This document shows positions 1-11,921 of a stretch of 64,000 nt of DNA, one piece after another. The number at the start of each line of letters is the position of its first letter. Positions within the stretch are counted from its first letter, which is position 1. The translations under genes and the position numbers were made by a program. Source of the stretch: Nymphaea colorata (taxonomy: Eukaryota); the NCBI RefSeq assembly GCF_008831285.2, contig NC_045138.2:20894001-20958000 (forward strand). The letters are read 5' to 3'. Under the pieces are notes generated by a model that saw nothing but the letters and a program-made list of their open reading frames with translations, was not told where the DNA came from and searched no databases.

Positions 1-1690
1 AGCCTCTACAGCAATAGAGATAACTTGGATCAATTATATATTGCGCGATATTGGGGTGAGTCTATCCATGACACCAATATTGTACTGTGATAATATGTCG
101 GCATCAAGCAACAAGACTCGGTAGGTCTTCTCCCTTTCCTGTCATCAAGTTCACTCTGCAGCCACCAATTATATATATATATATATATATATGATCGGTA
201 TAACCAAACCCAGATGAAGCAATTAATATTTCAAAGAGAAGAGAGAAAGAGATGGTCTGTTTTGAAACTCACATTGTCCCACATAATTTTATTTCCCATC
301 CAGCCTGATCATGCTGACAAATTGATTAAGAAAGTGAGGTAAGAGTGTAATCCTTGTGTAACAACTATGGAAGCATCTGAAAGAGCTCAAAAAAGTATTT
401 TAAGGAGGATCCTTAGAAACCACAAGCTTGCATTCCACATTTGTTTAACTCAAACTTCATAGCTCACGTATGAAACTTCCCAATGCACAACTACTCAATT
501 CCAGCTTCATACCTAAAAAATCCAAATTTCATATATTACAGTATTGTACACCTCAACAGCTAGGTCACAAGAGGTGAGAAGCAACCGACTTTCTGTCACG
601 TAGAGAAGCTCACACAATCACGTTCTTGAGGATAGATCCTGTCACAAGATTTTCCAGCATTAGTGAGGCTGAAGAAAAGTACGGGACGGGTGAGGTTCTT
701 AAAACTTTTGTTCCATTGCCTGTTTCCCCTGTTTGGGGGATAGTGTTGACGGAAACTTAAGAAAACAGTATGCCCCCTTTCCGTTCCGAGGTAGTGTGTC
801 ATCAAACAGAGCCATGGAACAATCTAACACAATGTCTCAATTAACTTTGAATGCGGTTTTATGACAAAACGAGACTCAAGATCATGTTGGATTGGTACGC
901 CTACAGTAGTTATCATTTCCATCTACCAAATAAACTGGTTCGTGACAACACATTGTGATCAAGTTCTAGTTGTCAAGAAACCACAGTTACTAAGAGAACT
1001 GTTTTCTTCAGAAAATGGTAAATGTGATCACTTGCGGGATTCATACTTGACAAGCAGCTTCACAATCGAATTTGAATCTGAGCGTGACTTCCAACTGGAA
1101 CCTGACGCAGTTCCGACCCAGATGTTATATTAGTCTGACCAATTTTGGAAAAAGGTGGGATAAATCGACGTCCAATTCCAAAACCGTAGAATCCGATTAG
1201 GTGGATGTCAGTAAGGGCTGGACCTACAGAAATGGAAAAGGTGTGCAGTCGAACAATCAAGTTTGAATCCGAGTGTGATTCCAACTTGACTCTTTGCCTA
1301 TTATAGTCAGTATTAAGGTAAAATGATTGAAAAACCAAGAATGGTGGCTTCAACGAGAAGATTACAATCAACTGCCAGATAAAACCAAGAATGCTCGCCT
1401 TAACTCCGGAGAGCTCCGCTGCGTACAGCTTCGTGAAAATAGGATGCACAATCAGATCGACTATAAAATTTGAAAATGGTGATGGGAGTACACAGCCCAT
1501 CACGTTAAGTGAGAATTTTTCTCAAGGTAAATTCTCAATTACCAGTTATGATCCTGCATCTCTTACAGGACCGGAGAACCTGCAGTTCCAATCTATGCTC
1601 CCGTTTGAACCGAGCTAATACAAAGGAAGGAAACCAATAGCAAGAAAAAAAAAAACAGAAAAACTAATTAAATAGTATTACTTAACCAGG

Positions 1691-1846
1691 AGATGTCAGA
1701 GGCTAATCGAGACCAAAAAAAGCCAACAGTTTGTGATCTTTCAATAAGCCGATGAGAGGGAAATCCCTGACTCAATTTATGCCTCGTAACTAAGCTGGAT
1801 GATGTGCTGGGGACATGCCCGCATCATCTAGCTACTCAACAAGGCA
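1691..1846 (-). ncRNA. Candidate box H/ACA snoRNA, copy A
   Basis: Minus strand folds into hairpin GCCTTG-[TTGAGT]-AGCT...AGCT-[TAGTTA]-CGAGGC, then an H-box-like AAATTG, a second hairpin and a terminal ACA+3 nt. The pocket is complementary to conserved rRNA. A paralog at 2123-2265 shows compensatory changes. Confidence 0.7.
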
Positions 1847-2122
1847 CGAACGAAACAAACCATACCAAGATTACAAGTCTTCACCCACCCCATCGAAGCA
1901 AGTTTTGGTGTATCAAAAAGTAAATGTCCGGACACATCTAGAAAAAGAACTGTACAAAATATCTCGTTCTTTCCCTTCAAACAATCTGGATGACTTTCCA
2001 TAGAAAATCACATTTGTTTATGCTCCCGTCTGAACCGAGCCATGAATGTACCAAAGTTCGGCTATTCAGGAAGCAATTTCAATGAATAGTGAAAATAACA
2101 GATAATTGAATTCAAAGGAAGT

Positions 2123-2265
2123 CCATGTCAAAGGCTGCTGCGAGATCAGAATATTGAACTATCTTCTGATCCCTCAATAAGCATCCCTTCATCAATCTAT
2201 GCCTTGAAACTAGGCTGGATGATGTCTATGTAGATGCCCGCATCATGAAGCCACTCAACAAGGCA
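2123..2265 (-). ncRNA. Candidate box H/ACA snoRNA, copy B
   Basis: Same architecture as copy A: GCCTTG-[TTGAGT]-GGCT...AGCC-[TAGTTT]-CAAGGC, AGATTG, second hairpin GGGATCAGAA/TTCTGATCTC, ACA+3 nt. An A-U pair in copy A is G-C here. Confidence 0.7.
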
Positions 2266-4201
2266 AGAAGCTACAGATTATCATAACCTCACGTAGCAGC
2301 TTAGTTACACTCTCATCGAATAGACATGAGAAAGAAAAGGCAAAATTCATGTAAAGTGGCATCAGAGAAGACCTCGATATACAATATGGGAATTACAATG
2401 TAACACTTTAACAAAGTATGTCCATAAATCGAAGATTAGGTAGTCAAAATTCAAAAAAGTAATCAGTGCCTAGGGGTCACTTGGAAAGAAAAAATCAATC
2501 TAGAAAAACTTGTCTTCAAAATACTAAAATTTTTTTAAACAATCAATATAAGACAATAAGTGGTAACTAAAAACTTCAAGCATTTTACATTTTCATAATC
2601 ATAACATGCATGTTGCTAACATAACATGCATGTTGCTAACATAATAGTTCTGCTTTGACAAAGAATCAGCAGTACGGACAACATCGATGATGGTATTTCG
2701 ATGCTCAATTTACCTGAAAATTTCGTTGGCATGGTACAAATCAGGCAATGCAGGTGAGTAGGTAGAAGTTTGCTGGCTGGCCACAAAACCTTCGGTAATG
2801 ATGACCGCAATGATCAAGTGAGCGTGTAACTGGCAGAAATGTTCAATACAGTAGCAGGTCTTCCGATCAGCGGAAGTACGCATGGAGTTTTGTAAGCTGA
2901 CTGGTGTAAAAGAAGAATGCGCACGAGATTCTACGCAAGGCTTCTGATGGAGCATGAAAAAGAAGCAGGGAGTTAGTGACACGGAAGAAACAAGCAACGG
3001 GAGGCCGTGCATTTATTTCCATGGAGAGAGTCGCACCGTTTGATTCCATCTAATTGATAAACTGGTTATGAATTAATCAATTAGACGGAACCAATTAGAT
3101 AGATTCCTCTTCAGCTACTTGTAAAAGGAGTTGAGCCTTCTTATGGATCAATTGATCGGGTCTTTGTAGTAGGAGTAGATGGAATCGAGAGATCAGACAA
3201 GAGGTCCCAAGAAAGAGCCTCAGTGATCTTCCCCACGACATGGGAGAGCATAATACGCCTTAAAGTAAGTGATTAAGCACGACTAGAATGTGATAGAGGA
3301 CAAACCACTGAGAGTTTCAATAAAATACGTGCAACAAAACTTGCATAGAGTATGATGGAGTAGCAAACAAGCTGAAGACGGGGGTGTCCGAACGAAATAG
3401 TTAGTCCTTGTGATTGATTAAAGCACACAGGAACCGATCAAGTATTCCAAGCTTTGTCAGGCTTGAGTTGTTCATCTTGCCATTAAAGCAACAGAAGCTG
3501 CAAGATCTATAATTTCCTGTTCTTGGGACACCAAGAACAAGACGCCACCTGTTCCTGGTGTTCAAAGAATGCAAATTGCTACATTTGTGTTAACGATGGG
3601 ACAGACACTCCACTTAACGGAATTGTTGCTCTTCACCTTAATTTCATTGGTGTTCCTCTTCCTCAAGAAACTTTGGTGAACGCTGATTGTCAGGCATTGA
3701 TTTTCAAAAATGGCCAACTGCCAAACTCGATTCTCAGGAGTAAAGTATTATCTCCGGTATAGAGAGGCTCTGTCTCACAGGTTACTACGGTTCCAGATGG
3801 AAGTAATTAGATTGGGGGCTTGGAGAGATCTAAGCAGCACAAGAGCATCGAACTAAACAAGAACCATGGGAGTTGACGTTCGATGAACCAAAATCCAATA
3901 ATATTAGGACACTCGGCCAGACTCTTTATTTAAAATCTAACGAGTATTGACTATTCTAAACATAACATCATAAGAACACATCTTAGCTGAGCAAAATCTA
4001 GGCTTCAATTTGATAGAAGTAGACGGACAACAAAAATCAAAATCTCTAGACATCATGATATAGGAGAAGAACACTATCAGATCTTAAACAGCAATCATCA
4101 AACCCTAAAAGACAAACACTGAAGATTTCGGAAACGTTCATCTTAGCGACCAAAAAAGAACAAATGAGATAAAAAGGACTGAAAGGAATGAACCGCCGAC
4201 T

Positions 4202-4609
4202 TCAGAATCGGAGCTTGGTAAAGAACCACCTGTTCTTCCCGGATTTGAACCTCTCCTCGAAGCGGGCCTTAGCCTCCTTCGCGGCGGTGACCTTCTTATC
4301 ATGGGACTGGAGGGCGTCGACCGTGATGACGTCCTTCAGATCGACGTCCAGGGTGTACCGGGTAGGCATGATGTGGTTGTAGTTCACAAGCTTGATGAAG
4401 ACCTTCACACGCGACTTCTTGGCCGTCTTCTTCGCCGAGTCCTTGCGGATAACCTTCTTCGGGTACTTGAGGAGGCCGGCGACGAGGCAGTGGCCATAGG
4501 GGCGGTCGCGCGTCCCGTCGTCGAATGGCCGGACGATCACCGCCTTCCGGCCCGCGAATCGGCCCTGGAGGATGATCACGGCCTTATTCTGCTTCAGAAA
4601 CTTCACCAT
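4202..4609 (-). CDS. RPL27: 60S ribosomal protein L27 (eL27), intronless CDS, 135 aa
   Basis: [26 protein letters not shown]...[11 protein letters not shown]...[12 protein letters not shown] is the canonical eL27 sequence. ATG at 4609, TGA at 4202-4204. Confidence 0.98.
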   Translation of the reverse strand: MVKFLKQNKAVIILQGRFAGRKAVIVRPFDDGTRDRPYGHCLVAGLLKYPKKVIRKDSAKKTAKKSRVKVFIKLVNYNHIMPTRYTLDVDLKDVITVDALQSHDKKVTAAKEAKARFEERFKSGKNRWFFTKLRF

Positions 4610-4680
4610 TTTCACTTCCTCTTTCTCTCTCTCGCTCGCCCGCTCTCACGCTACGGTCTGGAGGGAGGAGATACCAGAAG

Positions 4681-4817
4681 TTAGGGTTTCTCTCCGGACA
4701 GGAGTAATTTACCTTATTGCCCAGACTAGTCTTTGTTAAAGACGAGGGAAGTCGATAATATAAAATTTCGGGTCTTTTAAATGAATCCGAGAACCATATC
4801 TGGCCCGACAAGCCCAT
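4681..4817 (-). promoter_or_regulatory. RPL27 promoter: telo-box, TATA-like AT stretch, site II element
   Basis: AAACCCTAA (4681-4689, minus), AT stretch ~4757-4768 and TGGGCT (4811-4816, minus). Telo-box plus site II is the usual plant ribosomal-protein promoter combination. Confidence 0.7.
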
Positions 4818-7179
4818 CCTGCCCCATGAATTTTGTATATACAATTACAAAATTTAGTTTAACGGTATGAAAGCTTGTATTGATTCTGTGGGTGTTATGT
4901 TCCTGTGTTTTAAAATGATAGATCTCGACATCTAAGTTGAATGGTACACCGTTGCTATCGCTGACACCGACGCAGCTCAAGACCCCGAAAACATGATGAA
5001 TGGGAGAAGCCTTCAGGCCCTTTTTTGACGTGGAATTAATACATTGCTTTCACCCGAACTAGGGTGCTTTTGAAGCTGTTTGGGGACGGTAAAATTTTAT
5101 TATTTGCATTACGAACCTGTGTTAAAAAATAAAGCAGATTTAAAGTTTGAATTTGTTTTATTTTTTTAACCTTCATTCACGTCATGTAACTGGTGCCAAA
5201 CAACCCCAAACTACAGATTTTATGTCTCATAAAACATTTGGTCTACATAGATAAATCGGGACCGCAAGGAACTACAAAGATTTCCCGGCCTTTTCAAGGA
5301 GACGGTTTATCTCCAAAAATCTACCAATGAAGCTTACATCAGTTTCCCAATGTGCAAACACGGGCTAAGATACGTTCCCAAAAGGATCAAACCAATGAAA
5401 GATTGCATGATAGTGGTGACTATGATTCTAATCGTTAGATCTCTTTAATACCAAATCTTGGTCTCCGCAAAACCATTCAATCTCACTACCCATCTCTCTC
5501 CTTCACAGGTTAATGGTTAAAGCTACGATCTCTATTAGGCATGTCCTCGGATTGATTTAAATCAAATATACCATTAACCTTATCAGCTTTTTTACATATT
5601 CACATATTCGGATTTCAATATGAACAAAAAAAAAAGTCATATCTAAATTCAAATCTGAAATATAATTTCACAATCTGAATTTGATTTTGTTATTCACATC
5701 CAAATCAAAATTTTGAACCAAATTTGATCAATCTTCATAATGGATATTTATATAAATCTAAATCTGATTCAATTCTGAATTTGATGAGATATTTATGTAT
5801 ATCTGAATCCAAATTTGATCAATCTTCATAATGGATATCTATTTAAGACTAAATCTGATTCAATTCTGAATTTGATGAGATATTTATGTATATCTGAATC
5901 CAAATCTAATTGAATATCATTTCTTTTAATGAGATATTAAGGGAGAGTTTGAATGCCACCCTCTAAAACTTGGATTTTGTAAAACCAAGTTTTGTAGAAA
6001 CTTGGTTACTTAACGAGCTTTTGCAACCTAGTTTGCATGTTTTGGTGACCAGGCGAAAAACCAAACTTAGGTTACATCATTTTTTATGTTTTGAGTTGCA
6101 TCGGCACCAATAATAATAGTGGTGCACTGTTCAACCTACGTACCATACTCTACCTCTTAACACAAAAATACACAAAAATGTGTAGCATCCACTGGAAACA
6201 AACTAGATGCGTCTCTTCACATGCTCGTAGCCCAACCAGATCCTACTTTTAAGCCTGGTTTGAGGATGAATGGTGCTCTTATTTGGTAATTTGAACCAAA
6301 AAACAGATTTAGTAAAACTACAGATTCTCAATAAATGGGTCTAGTTCTGTATCAAAAAGGAAATAAATAACGAAGCTTAGGTATATCTTAACCTGGTCCA
6401 AACAAGAAAGGGAGATCCATTTGAGTGTTTGCTCATGAAAATGGATATCTTTCTAGAAGGTCGGGCATGGTAAAGGGTCTTAATCCAAAAGATTTCACAA
6501 CGTTGACACACGCATCCAAACGGACCAGCTCTTTCAACATGACTTGATCCATGTCTATGATCTGCAGGTTGTCTTTGGACTCGGTCCACGTGGGTTACAT
6601 AATCCCCCGATTTTGGATATGGGTACGCTATGCTGACCCGAAAATTAGGCGTGGATCAAAACTCGATATCAGATTTGAGGTCTGATTTGTTGTGGATATC
6701 TACTCTGACGTAAAAGCTGGTCCATTTCTCGAGTTACTTCTAGCTAAATAAAGCGTGTCTAGTTAGGTTCAGGATCCATTTTCTCGCTCCAGCAGTGCTC
6801 GAATGCACACAGGGGCGGAGGGAGGGGGGTTGCCTAGGCCATGGTCCACCTCGACCAACGAAAAAAATATAATTTATATTAAAAAAATATAATTTTTTAA
6901 TTACCCCATGTATTTTTTAGATTTGAATTCAGTTGGCCGTACCTGGATTCAGAGGTTGGACTGTCGGCCCACACCTGAAAAAAATCATAGTTCTGCCCCT
7001 GTCAAATGAAGTTTCTAAAACTTACAAATTTGTGTGACAAAACTTTTTCACAAATGATGTCTTCAATTCGTGTGGTTGTATGTTTCTGCAAAAATATGTT
7101 TGAGCAGGCTGGAATCAGGCTTAAGGGAGTCACAGTTATGTATTAAATTGTGTTCCTTTCTGGCTTTTTCCGGATTGAT

Positions 7180-7493
7180 CTAATAAGTGTAAGCTTTCAA
7201 TGCATACCAATATCATAAAGAATGAATGCATTTCATTTCCATACAAAGAAAAATGTTTCAAATAGATTGCATGTCCATAAAGGTTGGAAAATTTCAAGAT
7301 CTTCAAATATGTATGGTGTTGCGTGAACTGAGCTATAGTTGTTTGATATTTTTTTGGTATGAAAATAAAAGACATTAACATATATATGGTGCTTACATAA
7401 GCTATAATTATTTGAAACATTTTTCTTTGTATGTAAATAAAATGCATTCATTCTTTATGATTTTGCTATGCATTGCAAGCTGACACTTATTAG
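7180..7493. mobile_element. Foldback/MITE-like element with ~90-bp imperfect inverted arms
   Basis: ctaataagtgt...atcataaagaatgaatgcattt...atacaaagaaaaatgtttcaaata is mirrored by tatttgaaacatttttctttgtat...aaatgcattcattctttatgat...acacttattag. Confidence 0.55.
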
Positions 7494-7774
7494 CCTTATG
7501 GTGGCTACTTAAACCATTTTTGTCAGAAGTCATTCTGCCTTTTGAGTGTTTCATTCATATCACCGAATCATCTCCACGAATTCATATGAAACACGAAGGG
7601 AGATCTCCCCTCTATATATACATACATATGAGGGAGAGATCGATCGATCTTAAGAAAGGGAATTCGTTTATGAAGACAAGCAAGGAGATAGGAATGACGA
7701 GAAGAAAAGGCGCTCTCTCTCTCTATTTTCTCTCTGTACGGACGGCGGGATAAAAAAAAAAAAAAAAAAAAAAA

Positions 7775-7898
7775 AAAAGCTTCGTGCGCGACTTTAGCGC
7801 ATCCAACGAATAGATTTTTCGTCAACTGCAACACACGGCAAAAATTCTTGAGGATGGATGCGCTAAAGTCGCGCAGCGTGTTTGTCGCTCGAAGCTTC
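7775..7898. ncRNA. Candidate MIR-like hairpin (perfect 21-bp stem)
   Basis: TGCGCGACTTTAGCGCATCCA (7785-7805) and its exact reverse complement (7855-7875), with an outer AAGCTTCG/CGAAGCTT stem and an upstream TATA-like run at ~7613. Confidence 0.35.
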
Positions 7899-7980
7899 CT
7901 CCTTTCCCACTCTCCCTGTAGAGAAAGAATGTACAGCGACAGGGCCTTGGATAATTTACCCTTCCAGCTGAGATCGTTCC

Positions 7981-9060
7981 GATAATGAGTTTTTAAAATT
8001 TTATTATTATTATTATTATATATATTTTTATTTATTTAAAGATATACTTTTAAATTTAATTGGGTTGGGCTCCGGCTCGAGTTTTTCAAATCAAACTGGA
8101 CCTAGGCCCTGGTTTTCCGACCCAAGTCTGAATCATTATTAGGCCCGGCCGGCCCTATGCCTAGGCTTAATAACAATTTTAATTAAGGCATGTTGTATAC
8201 AAAATTAGTATTCATAAACCTGTTAACATGCTTAGATTTTGTTTAAAATACATTTCAACAAGAGTTGCCTCGTTATCGTGTTGGATATATCAAATTCCTA
8301 ATCCAAGGTGAGTCTCACGTGTATATTAGTTGTGAAAAAAAACATGATGGACATTATGAGGCAGGGAGCCAAAGGTCTCACCCAACCCTTTGTGTTTTAG
8401 AGTATAAGACATACTTTTGGTGCTTTGAGGTACGCCTTTGGTTCAACTTGTGCATCAGTAATTCTCTTTCTATAGTACAGGTACAGGAGGTTGACGCTTG
8501 TGGCACTCAAAATAAAAATTAGCCACCTAACAAGTAAGGGCAGAACTAGAATTTTTTTTAACGGGAACCAAATTAAAGTTTTTAACTTTTGACTATGGCT
8601 GAAATATTATTTTTCAAAATGTCTATGTAAAACGAGTGAAATTTTTTTAATTTACATGTATTTTTTTTTTTATTTCCAACCATTGTGCCAACCCCTTGAG
8701 TTCCCTTTCAATTTCCTTCTCACATGGATATCTCATTCTCAAAGTTTTGGTACACATTTCCTCAAGGTTGGCCTCTCATAAAAATATAAATAGTTTCTGA
8801 TTTTTTTTCTAACAGATTTTTGGATGTCCCTTTCAGCTCTCTAAGACGGGATAGAGCTACAATTTGCGATTAACTACATTGGTAAGCATGCATGTCTCAT
8901 GTCAACCCTTTCTCATCTAGTCACTTATGATTCAACTTCCTTAATTTAGAAAACGGTGTACTACTTAGTGGCGTAGCCACATTGTGGCTGGTGTTAGTGG
9001 CGTAGCCACATTGTGGCTGGTGTGGGCAGTTGCGCACACCAACCTCTTAAAAGTTTTTTA
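7981..9060 (+). pseudogene. Orphan SDR (TIC32-like) fragment: part of intron 2, damaged exon 3 (~8816-8881), start of intron 3
   Basis: Colinear with ~16878-18050. The exon reads ...[22 protein letters not shown]|gtaag, lacks the aaacaatgcaggc (NNAG) start and is frame-disrupted. Confidence 0.85.
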
Positions 9061-9801
9061 ATCCCAACATTTGGTATCAGAGCCTATGTTCTTCGTTAAA
9101 TCGTTGATTTTTGGATGATTTTGTGCGTCGTTTCCCGTTCGCATGTTCCTCATTTGGTTCTTCGGCTGCAAGTTTTTCAAAAAAAAAAAAGAGGGGAAAT
9201 GTTGGGATTTCTCCCTATAATGCATATACAAAACCAAACGTATATACCCTAAACAGGATCATGCTCATGCTAAATCATTGAATTAAACAAAACCTTAAAC
9301 TTAAAGCGAAAGCGTACCTGAATCTATCTGATCTAATGCACGGGAAGATCGCAACAGGGTCTTCCAGGGTACGTGCGGAGCGCTTGAGGTCTCTCTCAGA
9401 TGGGGAAGAGGAAAACCCTAGAAATCAATGTTTCAGGCAACCATTGTACGACCCCAAGGACCACTACCATTTTATAATAAGGACAATTACGGATTCTACC
9501 CATCAAAGAGTCCGTAATTCCATACCGGTATCTATACATTTCAAAATTACCTCATACCATCTAAAATGACGTAATATCCCAAAATGCAATCACTTAAGCG
9601 GATATTCACGTTAAGACAGCCATAATGTCTGAAATTTCTTATAGACATATGCCGGCCCACCAAATGATATTACAATCTCCCACTTGGACCAAATATGTCT
9701 TTATATATTCAGACATTACACAAAATCTTAGCATGAGCATAATCCTGTTTAGGGTATATACGTTTGGTTTTGTATATACATTATAGGGAGAAATCCCAAC
9801 A
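9060..9801. mobile_element. Truncated TRIM-like/Copia-derived element: LTR stub, PBS, ~130-bp internal region, PPT and ~600-bp LTR
   Basis: aatcccaaca LTR end (9060-9069), tRNA-Met PBS TGGTATCAGAGCC (9072-9084), purine tract to 9199, then TGTTGGG...CCCAACA (9200-9801) with 74-bp terminal inverted repeats. Confidence 0.8.
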
Positions 9802-9802
9802 G

Positions 9803-10393
9803 ATGGAGGTCTGCAAGGCACAGGGATTCGTCTACGGAATCATCCCTGAGAAAGGAAAACCCGTCAGCTACGCCTCTGATAATCTGCGCGCCTGGTGGAA
9901 GGAGAAGGTCCGGTTCGACCGGAATGGTCCTGCTGCGATTGCCAAGTATCAGGCGGAGAACGCTATTCCCGGAACCGACGAGGAAAGCCCGGCCATGGTC
10001 TCTACACCTCAGACTCTTTAGGAGCTACAGGACACCACGCTGGGGTCTCTGTTGTCTGCCCTTATGCAGCACTGCAAACTGCCTCAGAGGCGGTTTCCGC
10101 TGGAGAAAGGGTTAGCTCCACCGTGGTGGCCGACCAGCAAGGAGGATTGGTGGCCTTAGTTGGGGCTGAGGAAGGACCAGGGTCCTCCCCCTTACAAGAA
10201 GCCTCACGACCTCAAGAAGGCATGGAAGGTTGGTGTGCTCACTGCTGTGATAAAGCACATCTCTCCAGACATGGACAAGATCCGGAGGCTTGTTCGGCAG
10301 TCGAAATGCCTGCAGGACAAGATGACAGCGAAGAAAAGTTCGACGTGGTCGGCTATGAAAGAAACCCTTGAGCTAAATGTCAAGCTCTTTTGA
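9803..10393 (+). pseudogene. EIN3: EIN3/EIL transcription factor pseudogene fragment (DNA-binding domain)
   Basis: One frame reads [21 protein letters not shown]...[19 protein letters not shown]...[18 protein letters not shown]...PPWWPT...*LGL...[24 protein letters not shown]...[16 protein letters not shown]. In-frame TAG at 10019-10021 and 10157-10159; 5' end cut by the LTR; 3' part absent. Confidence 0.95.
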
Positions 10394-11877
10394 GAGCTAT
10401 GCTTCTGAGAACCCTGTTCTTGGGGAAAAACAGTGTAGCAGTATGTACTGTAGAGACATTTATTTTTTGCAACGGCTTCTTCTTCCTATCTGGTTGAAAT
10501 TAAATCTGCATCACTCAAGACTGATATGAGCATTTACTCATGGTGAAGTTCCATTTTATAGCATTGTGTATTGGTGGACCAAGGTTCTGCTCTTTCTTTT
10601 TTAATATATAGCATCTTTGTTCGAGTTCACAAACATAACCTACTTCCTAATACCTGAAATTTTTAGGAATACTACATTAGGCACATGGATTGTTGCACCG
10701 TTAGTTCGGAAGCAGAGTGGCAACGGCTTATCCGGTGCTTAGAGGCGGTGATTTTTCTATATACTTGTTATTGGTATTTTTCCCATTTCATTTTCACATA
10801 CCATCAAACTTAGAAATATAGAATTGGAAATATATTTCTGAGTCATCACACACACACCAAAATTGGAATTGGAAAAAATTTTCTCATTCCATTTTTTCAT
10901 TTCCTTTATTTCCAAAAATATATTTTCATGCCATCAAACGGCCCCCCTATTGTTTTCCTTTTTATTTCACTCTTGCTTAGTAACTCTAAGTTGGCTTTAG
11001 TTCACACGAAACTGTTAATTTCCATATGATTTATGTTTCATTTTTTACTTGTAGTCCTACTTCCTTTCTTTCTCTTCACATTTGTACCTTTTATCATGTG
11101 GGGAAGTGACAAGTGAGGGGCTTTATTGTCTTTTTCTTTAAGGTGAGCTGTATTTTTTTCTACAATGTAATTTTTCAACTTTCTATTTTTGTCCTCTAAG
11201 TTTATCATATAATCCGTCCTTTTATCAAGGACATTTTCATGATTATATCACGGCTGCACTTTTACCATTTTGCCCTTATAAGAAGCTTGTTTTGTGCTCC
11301 TAATTTGAATTCTTTCAGCTTCGTTTAGTCTATTGAATCCTAACTTTAAAAGCACATATGTACTTTAACATTGAAGATGTGACTTTGAGTTTTGAACTAA
11401 AAATTACTTCATGAAAATCAAACATGCACCAACTGGACTCAAAGCTCTATTTTTTTCTTTCACTACACTGCACATGCACATTCAACTAGCCTAATCGGTC
11501 TTAAATAAAGCAAACCTAACTAACGTTGTAAATTGATTTCATTTATATCTAGAACTTGGACTCATTTCGTTGATGAACTCTGGCACATTTAATTAAGGGT
11601 AGAGCCAAGGGGGCCGGCAAGGGCCCTAGAACCCCATCAATTTTTTTTTTTTAATTTTTACATGTAAATTTTAAAAAACTTTATTTATCCTATATATAAA
11701 TTTTGTAAAATGATATTTCAGTCTTCATCAAAATTTTGAAACTATAATTTACCCCTCTCATCCATTAGGGTATCAAAATTTTGAAACTATAATTTATCCC
11801 TCTCATCCATTAGGGGTATGACTTTTATAAGATCATTCAATTTGACATGTGAATTTTTTTTACTAAGGACTGGATTT

Positions 11878-11921
<44 letters not shown>

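Noticed and set aside
2798..2900. Plus-strand ATGATGA...CTGA, a possible C/D snoRNA
   Set aside because: No recognisable rRNA or snRNA complementarity next to the D box, and it is on the opposite strand to the other candidates.
4301..4684. 127-aa plus-strand ORF
   Set aside because: Antisense shadow of the GC-rich RPL27 CDS.
8965..9022. Exact 29-bp tandem duplication with an internal palindrome
   Set aside because: Local slippage at the end of a MITE-like sequence; no evidence of function.
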